Notes under the pieces: generated by a model
Told to the model about the DNA's origin: nothing
What the model saw: only the letters and a program-made list of their open reading frames with translations
Databases searched by the model: none
Assembly (NCBI GenBank): GCA_963774265.1
Contig: CAVZDU010000008.1
Location: 128,001 to 192,000 of the forward strand
Direction: 5' to 3'
DNA: 64,000 nucleotides
Origin: an uncultured Chloroflexia bacterium
GTDB taxonomy: Bacteria > Chloroflexota > Anaerolineae > CG2-30-64-16
Shown here: positions 9,976-18,699 of the stretch, in pieces
Layout of the letters: each line of letters starts with the position of its first letter
How positions within the stretch are numbered: the stretch's first letter is position 1
Translations under genes and position numbers: made by a program

Positions 9976-11142
9976 ATGGACTTCACGTTGACCGAAGAAC
10001 AGCAGATGTTTCAAAAGCTATTTCGTGATTTTGCGGCCAAAGAGGTCGCCAAGGTGGCGGATCAGACGGACAAAAAAGAGGAGCATCCGGCCAAACTGAT
10101 CAAGCGTGCGGCTGGCCAGGGTTTCCTGGGCGCACTTGCTCCCGAGGAACCCTATGGCGGCGCAGGCCTGGACTTCATCAGCTGCACCCTGCTCATCGAA
10201 GCAATGGCAGCCGAATGCACCAGCACGGCGCTGATTCTCCACGTGCACAACGTTCTCGTGTTGCGCACGATCGTCAAGCATGGCAGCGCTCCGGTCAAGG
10301 AAGCTATCGTACCGGAGATGATCAGCGGTGACCGTCTCGGCGCGTTTGCTTTGACTGAGAGCGGCGCAGGCAGCGATCCGACGCGACTCCGTACCACGGC
10401 ATGTAAAGACGGCGAGAGTTACGTCATCACCGGAAATAAGGCGTGGGTGTCCAATGGCGGCATCGCGGGCGTCTTCATTGTCTTTGCAGCAACAGATACT
10501 TCGGCAGGCGCCAAGGGCCTCACCGCGTTCGTCGTCCCAGCCGAAGCCGAAGGCGTAATCATCGGAGGTCGCGAGAAGACCTTGGGCCTCCGCGGCGCCA
10601 CCATCAATCGCGTCTACCTGAAGGGTGTACGTGTGCCGACAGATCACCTGCTCGGTGGCGAAGGCAGCGGATATAAGGTTGCATTGGAAACGCTGGATTA
10701 CGGCCGTGTGGGCATTTCGGCGGCTGCCGTCGGCATGAGCCGCAAAGTCGTCGAGCTGGCGACCAGGTACGCGACTGAGCGCATCCAGTTCGGCGCGGCC
10801 ATCGCCAATAAACAGGCCATCCAGATGTACCTGGCCGACGCTGCGACAGAGGTACAGGCCAGCCAGTGGCTGGTGCTCCATGCGGCGTGGCTTGCTGATC
10901 GGGGCCTGCCCTTCTCACAGGAAGCGGCCATGGCTAAGCTCTTCTCGGCGCGCATGGCCAGTGAGGTGACGAACAAGATGGTTCAGGTGCATGGCGGCGC
11001 AGGCTTCAGCGCCGATTATCCCATCGAGCGATACTACCGCGACGCACGCGCCATGGAGCTTGTCGAAGGCACGTCACAGATGCAGCAAATCGTCATTGCC
11101 GGCGGTCTGCTGGGTCCTCTGGGCGTCAAAGTGAGGCCGTAG
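9976..11142 (+). CDS. Acyl-CoA dehydrogenase
   Basis: FALTESGAGSD, GNKAWVSNG, RIQFG, QVHGGAG and YRDARAMELVEGT. Confidence 0.95.
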   Translation: MDFTLTEEQQMFQKLFRDFAAKEVAKVADQTDKKEEHPAKLIKRAAGQGFLGALAPEEPYGGAGLDFISCTLLIEAMAAECTSTALILHVHNVLVLRTIVKHGSAPVKEAIVPEMISGDRLGAFALTESGAGSDPTRLRTTACKDGESYVITGNKAWVSNGGIAGVFIVFAATDTSAGAKGLTAFVVPAEAEGVIIGGREKTLGLRGATINRVYLKGVRVPTDHLLGGEGSGYKVALETLDYGRVGISAAAVGMSRKVVELATRYATERIQFGAAIANKQAIQMYLADAATEVQASQWLVLHAAWLADRGLPFSQEAAMAKLFSARMASEVTNKMVQVHGGAGFSADYPIERYYRDARAMELVEGTSQMQQIVIAGGLLGPLGVKVRP

Positions 11143-11152
11143 GAGGATACCT

Positions 11153-12319
11153 ATGGATTTTACGATTCCCAAGCACTTGCAGCTGTTCCGCCAAATGGTG
11201 CATGAATTCGCTGAACAAGAAGTGCGCCCCAAAGCCAAGCAAATCGACGTGCTGAGTCTGCCGGACATGGACCTCGTCCGCAAGCTCGGCGAGAATGGCC
11301 TTCTGGGGGTTCCCTTCCCGCTCAAATACGGCGGCGGGGGCCTGGGAGAGCTCGGCTACTGTCTGATGATGGAAGTCATGGGCGGTGTGTGCACCTCAAC
11401 CGCCACCACCATCGGCGCACATATCGGAATTGGCGTTATGTCGATCTACCTGGGCGGGAACGAGGAACAGAAGCAGAAGTACCTGCCCGACCTCTGCAAC
11501 GCCCGCAAGATTGCGGCGTTCTGCCTCACCGAACCCGGCGCCGGATCAGATGCCGCTGCGATCAAGACGCGCGCCATCAAGGATGGCAGCAACTGGATCA
11601 TCACCGGCAACAAGATCTATATCACCAACGGGCCGATTGCCGACGTCCTGACGGTCCTGGCCGTGACCGATCCCTCTCTCGGTGTACGTGGCGGTGTGAC
11701 CGCTTTCGTCGTCGAGAAGGCCATGGACGGCGTTTCGGTGGGCTCGATCGAACACAAGATGGGCATCCACGGCAGCGCCACGTCCGAAATGGTCTTCGAC
11801 GAGGTGGTCGTGCCGTCTGCCAACGTGCTCGGCCAGGTGGGCGCAGGCTTCGTGACGTTCATGGCCAGCCTGGACTGCGGCCGCCTGGGTCTCGGCGCTG
11901 CGTGCCTGGGTGGCGCCCAGGCCGCCTTGGACAGCATGTGCAAGTTTGCGGCGGCCCGCCGGCAGTTCGGCCGGCAGATCGGCGAAAAGCAGATGATCCA
12001 ATGGATTATTGCCGACACAGCAGCCGAGGTCGAAGCGCTGCGCTCGATGGTCTACCGCACCGCATGGTTGGTGGATACCCATCAGCCGTTCACCAAGGAA
12101 GCCGCGATCTGCAAGATGTACGGCTCCGAAGTGGCTTCGCGCGCGATCAACAAGGCCCTGCAGGTGCACGGCGCCTTGGGCTATAATCGTGACTTTCCGC
12201 TGGAGCGCAATTGGCGCGACGCTCGCATTGCCGAGATCTTCGAAGGCACCAACGAGATCCAGCGCATCGTCATCGCCGGGCAGGTGCTCCGGCCGTATGG
12301 CGTCAGGGTCGGGACCTAA
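11153..12319 (+). CDS. Acyl-CoA dehydrogenase
   Basis: FCLTEPGAGSD, GNKIYITNG, RRQFG, QVHGALGY and WRDARIAEIFEGTNEIQR. Confidence 0.95.
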   Translation: MDFTIPKHLQLFRQMVHEFAEQEVRPKAKQIDVLSLPDMDLVRKLGENGLLGVPFPLKYGGGGLGELGYCLMMEVMGGVCTSTATTIGAHIGIGVMSIYLGGNEEQKQKYLPDLCNARKIAAFCLTEPGAGSDAAAIKTRAIKDGSNWIITGNKIYITNGPIADVLTVLAVTDPSLGVRGGVTAFVVEKAMDGVSVGSIEHKMGIHGSATSEMVFDEVVVPSANVLGQVGAGFVTFMASLDCGRLGLGAACLGGAQAALDSMCKFAAARRQFGRQIGEKQMIQWIIADTAAEVEALRSMVYRTAWLVDTHQPFTKEAAICKMYGSEVASRAINKALQVHGALGYNRDFPLERNWRDARIAEIFEGTNEIQRIVIAGQVLRPYGVRVGT

Positions 12320-12329
12320 GGAGAGAGCT

Positions 12330-13100
12330 ATGCGAATCATCGTATGCGTAAATCAAGGGCTTGACCCAAAGACAGTGAAGGTCTCCCGGAGCCGCGAGGA
12401 ATTCGACCTGCGCGAGGCCGTGCCCATCACGCACCTCGAGGACAAAGTCGCTCTTGAGGCTGCCCTGCGCCTCCGTGAGACTGAAGGCGGAGAGGTGATT
12501 GCTTTAACGGTGGGCCAACCGATCGCCGAGGATGCAGCACACGAAGCGGTTGCGATGGGCGCCGACAAGGCCGTCTTCGTTCCTGCACCTGGCCAGCTCT
12601 CCGGCAAGAGTGCGACCACCCTCGTCCTGGCGGCCATCGCGCGGCTGGGTGGTGCAGACCTGATTCTGGCAGGCCGTGCCCCAGCGCTGGATCCGGTGGG
12701 TCCCCTGGCGCCGCGGCTGGCAGCCGCGCTCGGCATTCAACTGCTGATCGATGTGGTCTCGTTCGAGGCCGGCGCTGATAGCCTGACGGCATTGGTCTCC
12801 CGTGACGAAGCAGGTATACACATGCCGGTCACTTTGCCGGCCGTCGCTGAGGTGGTGCGGGGCGCCGACCGACCGCGCTACCCTCACCCATCGCGAATCG
12901 CCATTGCCTGGGATCCAGGCCTGGTTGAGACCTGGACCCTCGCAGATCTGGGAATCACTGAGGACGCGCTCATGGCCGATTCGGAGCCTGGAAACCTGGT
13001 CCTGGGCGCCGAACGACAACGGGGGCAGACCATCAGCGGCGGACCGGCGGCGGCCGCGGCAGAGTTGATGGGAATCCTGCGAGCCAGGCGGCTAATCTAA
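12330..13100 (+). CDS. Electron transfer flavoprotein beta-subunit-like protein (divergent)
   Basis: MRIIVCV start after AAGGAG, ALEAALRLRE, AVAMGADKA, DLILAG and PRYP. The nucleotide-binding loop is degenerate. Confidence 0.85.
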   Translation: MRIIVCVNQGLDPKTVKVSRSREEFDLREAVPITHLEDKVALEAALRLRETEGGEVIALTVGQPIAEDAAHEAVAMGADKAVFVPAPGQLSGKSATTLVLAAIARLGGADLILAGRAPALDPVGPLAPRLAAALGIQLLIDVVSFEAGADSLTALVSRDEAGIHMPVTLPAVAEVVRGADRPRYPHPSRIAIAWDPGLVETWTLADLGITEDALMADSEPGNLVLGAERQRGQTISGGPAAAAAELMGILRARRLI

Positions 13101-13111
13101 GGAGACGACAT

Positions 13112-14113
13112 ATGGGCATGGATCTTTCAGATCTGCAGGCCCTGATGGGCGGATCGTTTGATGAGCCAGTGGGCGACACCGGTGGCGTGTGGGTGGTGAC
13201 GCCTGATGGCACAATCGACGATGGGATATTGCGCCTGATCGGCAAGGCGCGCGTGGTGGCAGATGCTTTAGGGGGCTATGTATCCATACTGGCTGGCTGC
13301 GGCGCAGCGGGTGGCGACACTGAAACCGCCATTCGCGCGGGAGGGGACAAGATCTTCACCGCAGGAGGCATCCCTGCGCTGTCCGATCTGGCCGAGTTCT
13401 TGGGAGAACGTGCCCCACAAGTAGTGCTATTCCCGCGCACGCAACTTGGCCGATCGCTGGCGCCCGGACTCGCTCAAATGATGGGAGGCAGCCTATGCGG
13501 CTTCGCAGCCGACCTGGCCGTCGATCCGATCTACCAGCGCATCGTAGCGCACCAACCCGTTCTTGAGGATGCCGCGCGCATGACGCTGAACCTCCTCAGC
13601 ACCCCTGCGATCGTCGCGGTAGACACTTCCCTATTGCCAGCCGCATTCAACGAACCGTGGCGCCACGGTGAAGTATCAGATACCGGGCTGTCTTGGGCCG
13701 AGCCGCTCTTCTACGATATCGCAGACCTGCCCAGGCGGCCCAAAACGCTACAAAACGCCTCAGTGGTTGTAATAGCAGGAATGGGACTGGTCGAAGAAAC
13801 GGGATTTGAAGCAGCGAGGCAATTGGCCGAGAGATTAGGTGGGGTGATTGCTGGCGATGTGACGGCGCTGGATGCAGGCTGGATCGGTGAAGAGCAATTG
13901 GTGGGCGTTACCGGCTTCACCGTGGCGCCGAAGCTGTGCATTGCCCTGGGCGTCGAGGGTGACACGGGCTTCTTCATGGGCATCGCCGATGCGGGTTGCC
14001 TGGTGGCCGTCCAGTCAGATCCCACAGCGCCCATCGTACCGATGGCGGACTACAACGTCATCGGAGATCCGGCAGAATTTGCCCGTGCTTTTGCGAGCGA
14101 GCTACACAACTAG
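13112..14113 (+). CDS. Electron transfer flavoprotein alpha-subunit-like protein (divergent)
   Basis: EtfA layout (LQNASVVVIAG, LAERLGG, ALDAGWI, TVAPKL, APIVPMADYNVIGD) with FAD-binding motifs substituted. Confidence 0.85.
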   Translation: MGMDLSDLQALMGGSFDEPVGDTGGVWVVTPDGTIDDGILRLIGKARVVADALGGYVSILAGCGAAGGDTETAIRAGGDKIFTAGGIPALSDLAEFLGERAPQVVLFPRTQLGRSLAPGLAQMMGGSLCGFAADLAVDPIYQRIVAHQPVLEDAARMTLNLLSTPAIVAVDTSLLPAAFNEPWRHGEVSDTGLSWAEPLFYDIADLPRRPKTLQNASVVVIAGMGLVEETGFEAARQLAERLGGVIAGDVTALDAGWIGEEQLVGVTGFTVAPKLCIALGVEGDTGFFMGIADAGCLVAVQSDPTAPIVPMADYNVIGDPAEFARAFASELHN

Positions 14114-14131
14114 GTTCAGATTATCGTGGCG

Positions 14132-14171
14132 AGAAACCAGGTTTCACATCGATGGCGGAAACCTGGTTTCT
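14132..14171. repeat. REP-like inverted repeat / possible bidirectional terminator between convergent genes
   Basis: AGAAACCAGGTTTC (14132-14145) / GAAACCTGGTTTCT (14158-14171); each arm is itself near-palindromic. Confidence 0.75.
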
Positions 14172-14178
14172 TTCCATC

Positions 14179-14487
14179 CTACCATTGAAACCCCCCTTTG
14201 AAGCGCACGATACGACGGGTCATATCTCCCGTGTACCCCTCCAGGCGTCTCATCATGGTCTGCCACTCATCTGTCTCCATGGCACGATGGACGGTGGACA
14301 GGTCGTCGGCAACGAAGCCGATCAACCGCGCCGGATAGCTGCCATATGCAGTATGCCAGGCATCGGTAGGTGTCAGGCCCAATTCCTGCGCCTTTGGCAG
14401 GAACTCCTCCATCACGAAACGACGATAGGCGTTTTCGTGGCCTGACCGGATGTTGTAAGCTAGCAGGAGTTTGACTTGTTCGCTCAT
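14179..14487 (-). CDS. Small hypothetical protein (possibly NIPSNAP/dimeric alpha-beta-barrel-like)
   Basis: 102-aa ORF with natural composition, starting 1 nt after the stop of the upstream ORF. Fold is inferred from YNIR..YRRFVMEEFLP..LGL..DAWHTAYG. Confidence 0.7.
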   Translation of the reverse strand: MSEQVKLLLAYNIRSGHENAYRRFVMEEFLPKAQELGLTPTDAWHTAYGSYPARLIGFVADDLSTVHRAMETDEWQTMMRRLEGYTGDMTRRIVRFKGGFQW

Positions 14488-14488
14488 C

Positions 14489-14713
14489 TTATATCAGCGT
14501 CTTCATGCGCAGCATGTGGTCGGTCAGCCCGCGCAACGCGTTCGCTGCGCCGGCCTTGCCGTCCACTTCCAACTGTCGCACGGCTGCATCCGCCGTGCTG
14601 AAAAAGACCCCATCCAGAGAAGACAAGTGCAGGCTTACTAATTGCATCAACTCATCATCATCCTTCGCCTTCAATAGTCTCTTAATCAGGTCCAGCGCCT
14701 CTTGTTGTGTCAT
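14489..14713 (-). CDS. Small helical hypothetical protein
   Basis: 74-aa ORF with GGAG RBS and an upstream minus-strand TATAAT (~14737-14742). Confidence 0.7.
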   Translation of the reverse strand: MTQQEALDLIKRLLKAKDDDELMQLVSLHLSSLDGVFFSTADAAVRQLEVDGKAGAANALRGLTDHMLRMKTLI

Positions 14714-14858
14714 CTTCGTGCACTCCAGATATGCCCATTATAGCGGAGGCGATGACGCATGGCAAGCAAATTCCGAGATCCACATCGCAACGGACGAATG
14801 ACGCGGTAACGGGCAGAATCCTGAAGGGCGCCCGCACGTTTAAAGATGTTGATGTCTT

Positions 14859-14887
14859 TTGACACTCAGTTGCAAGCCTAGTATAAT
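14859..14887 (+). promoter_or_regulatory. Consensus sigma70 promoter
   Basis: TTGACA (14859-14864) - 17 nt - TATAAT (14882-14887). Confidence 0.9.
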
Positions 14888-14945
14888 AGCCACTTGGCGG
14901 CTGGCAGGCCGCGCAAGTTTTTATACTTCAAGGAGCAGGGACAAC

Positions 14946-15725
14946 GTGGGGCAGGAAGGAAGCGCCCTCAACATTCCGCCGCGCAAGGTCGTTAAGACGC
15001 TCGCAGTGGGCCAGGAAGTCGAGGGAGTCGTAAAACGCGTCACCGAATTCGGTGCGTTCATCGACATTGGCGTTGGCCGTGATGGTCTCGTCCATGTCTC
15101 AGAGATGGCTCAGGGCCGCGTCTCTAAGCCGTCCGACGTAGTCAAAGAAGGCGACAAGGTCCAGGTGTGGATCAAGGAGTTGGACCGGGAAAAAAACCGG
15201 ATCAGCTTGAGCATGATCCAGCCCGGCACCATGACGCTGCGTGACCTCGATGAAGGCGCCATAGTGCGGGGCCGAGTCACTCGCCTCGAACGGTACGGCG
15301 CATTCGTTGATGTTGGGGTCGGCCGCGATGGCATGCTCCACGTCAAAGAAATGGGCCGTGGCTACGTCGAGAAGCCGGAAGACGTCGTCACCGTCGGTGA
15401 TGAGATCGATGTGCAGGTGATTGGACTGGATCGCCGCCGGGGTCGCATCGACCTGAGCATCAAAGAGCTGCTCCCACCAGCCCCTGAGGCCGCACTCGTT
15501 GCGGCTCCACGGGGGATGGCTCGTGAGGAAGACGCCTTCCCCGTCATGGTCGAAGAGCAATTCCTCTCACCCTTTGAGGCCGCTCTCCAGGAGGCCAAAG
15601 GTGATACGGAGCGCCGGCGCGACCGCAAGAAGAAGGTTGCCCGCACCTGGGAGCTCGAGGACGACGAGGAAGAGGGCCTGATCCAGCGCACCATTGCGCA
15701 TCACCGCAAGAGCAAGGGCATGTAA
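14946..15725 (+). CDS. S1 RNA-binding protein with two S1 domains and charged tail
   Basis: Two repeats, GVVKRVTEFGAFIDIGVGRDGLVHVSEM and GRVTRLERYGAFVDVGVGRDGMLHVKEM. GTG start at 14946 after AGGAG. Confidence 0.9.
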   Translation: MGQEGSALNIPPRKVVKTLAVGQEVEGVVKRVTEFGAFIDIGVGRDGLVHVSEMAQGRVSKPSDVVKEGDKVQVWIKELDREKNRISLSMIQPGTMTLRDLDEGAIVRGRVTRLERYGAFVDVGVGRDGMLHVKEMGRGYVEKPEDVVTVGDEIDVQVIGLDRRRGRIDLSIKELLPPAPEAALVAAPRGMAREEDAFPVMVEEQFLSPFEAALQEAKGDTERRRDRKKKVARTWELEDDEEEGLIQRTIAHHRKSKGM

Positions 15726-15762
15726 CCCTCGCCCCAGATCATTCCGGGACTCTATAAGAAAT

Positions 15763-15798
15763 AAAGCCGGAGCCGACACCCTGCCGACTCCGGCTTTT
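15763..15798 (+). terminator. Intrinsic terminator (possibly bidirectional)
   Basis: AAAGCCGGAG...CTCCGGCTTTT between the convergent S1-domain gene and moeA. Confidence 0.75.
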
Positions 15799-15821
15799 CC
15801 GCGTTCTATAATGCCGTCTTC

Positions 15822-17096
15822 CTATGAATCCAAGACGACAGATACGATCTCGCCCGCCGGGATGCCGTTGCTGTTCAGCGCCACCTCAACCACTCCCTCT
15901 GACCGAACCAAAGTGAAGATCAGGTTCGATTTACCGAACACCGGCACAGCCCACAACTCCTCGTCCCGCTCCTCCAGCCGCACTCGCACGAAATCCGCTC
16001 GGCCGCTCCCCGCCGGGATGTTGCGCGCCAGTCGCGCGCTGATGATGTGCTGCCGCGGCGGCCGGGCGCCGAGCATCATGCGGATGGTGGGAATCACAAA
16101 CACCTTGAATATATTAATACACGATACCGGGTTGCCCGGCAGTCCGAACACCGGCTTGCCCTCGCAGAGCGCTAGGATCGTCGGCTTGCCTGGCCGGATC
16201 GCCACGCCATGCACCAGCACTCCCGGCGGCCCAAGCCTGTTGATGGCTCCCGCAGTCAGATCGCGATAGCTGACCGAACTGCCGGCCGTGATCACAACCA
16301 CGTCTGCCTCTGCAAACGCAGCGCCGACTATCGCGTCCAGCTCGGTTTCCGTGTCCGGCGCTATCGAGTAGTTCAACGGCACGCCCCCGACCTGGCGCAC
16401 CAAGCCCGCCAACGTGTAGCTGTTGACATCGCGCACCTGGCCCGGGCCTGGCTCCTGCTCGGGCGGCACCACTTCGTCCCCCTGGCTCACAATGCCCACC
16501 CGTGGGCGCCGCGCAACAACCACCTCGATGATGCCCACGGCTAAAAGTCCGCCGATATCCTGGGGTCGCAACGTGTGTCCCGCCTGGAGGACAACCTCCC
16601 CGGCCCGTACATCTTCGCCCGGGAAAATGCAGCTGTCTCCGCTTGCCACCGGCTTATGGACCTCAATCGCATGAGCGTCAAAGCCGGGCTGCAGAGCGAT
16701 CCCTCCGAACATGGGCGCGCCTGCGGGGTTGGTCTGCTCAATCATCACCACCGCATCCGCGCCGTCGGGGACCATACCCCCAGTATGCACCAACGCCGCC
16801 TGCCCTGGGCCAAGCCGGAATTGCACCAGCTGGCCCATCGGCGTCTCCGCGACCACATCCAGGTACGCCGGCATACCGCTCGACGCCCCGTGAGTATCAG
16901 CAGCCCACACAGCGTAACCGTCGACAGTGCTGCGGACAAACGTGGGCAGCTCGTGTGGTGCGATCGCAGCCTCTGCCAGCACACGGCCCTGTGCATCGGC
17001 CACCCGAATCCGTTCGATCAGAACAACAGGTTTGAACTGCGCCGCGAACACCGCCCACGCTTCTTCACCAGTCAACAGGTTGAGGAATTGCGCCAT
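15822..17096 (-). CDS. moeA: Molybdopterin molybdotransferase MoeA
   Basis: RSTVDGYAV, TGGMVPDGADAVVMIE, GEDV, SQGDE, RDVNS, AIRPGKPT and GLPGNPVS. Confidence 0.95.
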   Translation of the reverse strand: MAQFLNLLTGEEAWAVFAAQFKPVVLIERIRVADAQGRVLAEAAIAPHELPTFVRSTVDGYAVWAADTHGASSGMPAYLDVVAETPMGQLVQFRLGPGQAALVHTGGMVPDGADAVVMIEQTNPAGAPMFGGIALQPGFDAHAIEVHKPVASGDSCIFPGEDVRAGEVVLQAGHTLRPQDIGGLLAVGIIEVVVARRPRVGIVSQGDEVVPPEQEPGPGQVRDVNSYTLAGLVRQVGGVPLNYSIAPDTETELDAIVGAAFAEADVVVITAGSSVSYRDLTAGAINRLGPPGVLVHGVAIRPGKPTILALCEGKPVFGLPGNPVSCINIFKVFVIPTIRMMLGARPPRQHIISARLARNIPAGSGRADFVRVRLEERDEELWAVPVFGKSNLIFTLVRSEGVVEVALNSNGIPAGEIVSVVLDS

Positions 17097-17100
17097 CGGA

Positions 17101-17892
17101 CTAACGACTGCCCCCACTCAGGAGGGCCAACAAGCCTAAGGGGAGGAACAGGAATGCAAGCACGACGAGCAACGTCACGACAGGCAGGAACACCGCCAGC
17201 ACCGCTCTCCCCCGAGACAGCTGGTGGCTGGCAGCGGTCGCCACAACGTAGATCACGAGGCCCCAAAGCCAGGCGACGACGCCCAAGACGCTGCCCAAGG
17301 CCGGCACGCTCGAGAAGACAGTCAGGACATGCGGCGCTGCAAAGAAGGCGGTTGCCCCGAAGAACCCGTGCAACGTGCCGCGACCGCCGAGCAGTTTGGC
17401 AACCAGCATGACCCAGACACCGTAACCGAGCCACGTCGCCAACGTGGCGGTCGCCAATGGCCAGGGACTATTCGCAAAGGGACGCGAAAGCCATCCGCCC
17501 AGGGCCATAAACCCTTGCGCCAGTGGTCGCGGGAGGGCCGTGTCTGCCTGCTGCACCTGTGCCGCGATGCTCCCGGCCAGCAGCACGTTGTTCTCTATCT
17601 GGCTCAGGATCCGATCGAGCATGTCCGCAGGCACCCCTGCACTTTGCAGCCAAGGCCGGATCGTCGCGAGCGGTTCAGTCAGGCTATCCTGCAAATCGCT
17701 CGGTTCGACGACTGCAGGCGGGCCAAAACCGTCGATCACGTTGCCGACAGCAGCGGGGAGGCCGACCAACAACGCGGCGGCCAATATCACGAGGAGCCCT
17801 CGCAGGAATGCATCCGGACGGGCAGCCACACGCGTGAAGGCGGCTGAACGGAGCAGAAGGGCATCGAGAATGTCAAGCAACCAGGCCTTCAT
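17101..17892 (-). CDS. Yip1-family membrane protein
   Basis: Five-TM pattern with AKLLGGRG, GATAFFAAPH and ASHQLSRGRAVLAVFLP. Confidence 0.75.
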   Translation of the reverse strand: MKAWLLDILDALLLRSAAFTRVAARPDAFLRGLLVILAAALLVGLPAAVGNVIDGFGPPAVVEPSDLQDSLTEPLATIRPWLQSAGVPADMLDRILSQIENNVLLAGSIAAQVQQADTALPRPLAQGFMALGGWLSRPFANSPWPLATATLATWLGYGVWVMLVAKLLGGRGTLHGFFGATAFFAAPHVLTVFSSVPALGSVLGVVAWLWGLVIYVVATAASHQLSRGRAVLAVFLPVVTLLVVLAFLFLPLGLLALLSGGSR

Positions 17893-17895
17893 CGC

Positions 17896-18612
17896 TCACC
17901 TCCCAACCACGACGCCTAAGATCAAAGCCAGCGCGATGCTCACCACGAACCAGAAGACCAGGTAGACGGCGTACGGCAAAAGCGTTGCCACCAGTGCGCG
18001 TCCCCACGGCAATTCATGGGCCGAACGAACCGCCTTGTAGCGCAGAATGAGTTGCCAGGTGTTGAGCACCCCTCCCACCACGAGAAATGGGACAAGACCC
18101 AGGCCGCGCAGGAGGAACGGGATAAATGCCAGAGCGACCGTTCCCAGCGTCCCACGAAGCGAGCCGCGCCCCCCCAGCCGGGCTGCAAAGACAAACGCAA
18201 GCAGTCCATAGAGCAGCCAACTCAGAACTAGCCACACCGGCCAGGCCAGGAGATTCAGGGCAGCAGCCGCAGGATCGGGTGCGCCGAATAAACGAGGGAA
18301 GATACGCCACGCCGTATCCCAGACACGTTGAAAGCTCTCGAGCGATGCAGGGTTGCCTGCGAGCGAGGACCACCAGGGCTGTCCCTGCAGCGCATCAAGC
18401 ACAACCCCGCGAACCGCGTCAACGCTCGGCACACTGGCCCACGCCAAAAACTGACCGATCAGCGACAGTAACGCCGCTGAAAAACCGATGAGAACGATCA
18501 GGAATAGGCCTTCGACAAACGGATTATCGTCATCCCGCAGCTCGTCAAAGGCCTCACTGTCAAGGAAAAGCGCCCGGAAAACCAGGCCGAGCGAAAGGGT
18601 TCGGTGGCCCAT
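17896..18612 (-). CDS. Yip1-family membrane protein (paralog of the adjacent gene)
   Basis: RALFLDSEAF, AARLGGRG, TVALAFIP and AVRSAHELPWGRALVATLLP. Confidence 0.75.
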   Translation of the reverse strand: MGHRTLSLGLVFRALFLDSEAFDELRDDDNPFVEGLFLIVLIGFSAALLSLIGQFLAWASVPSVDAVRGVVLDALQGQPWWSSLAGNPASLESFQRVWDTAWRIFPRLFGAPDPAAAALNLLAWPVWLVLSWLLYGLLAFVFAARLGGRGSLRGTLGTVALAFIPFLLRGLGLVPFLVVGGVLNTWQLILRYKAVRSAHELPWGRALVATLLPYAVYLVFWFVVSIALALILGVVVGR

Positions 18613-18699
18613 GCACAGCTCCCCTCTTCGTGGTCATCTCCGCCGGCGCGGCACGAATCTGCCGCAAGCTCAACGTTAGTATACCACAAATAGAACCGC

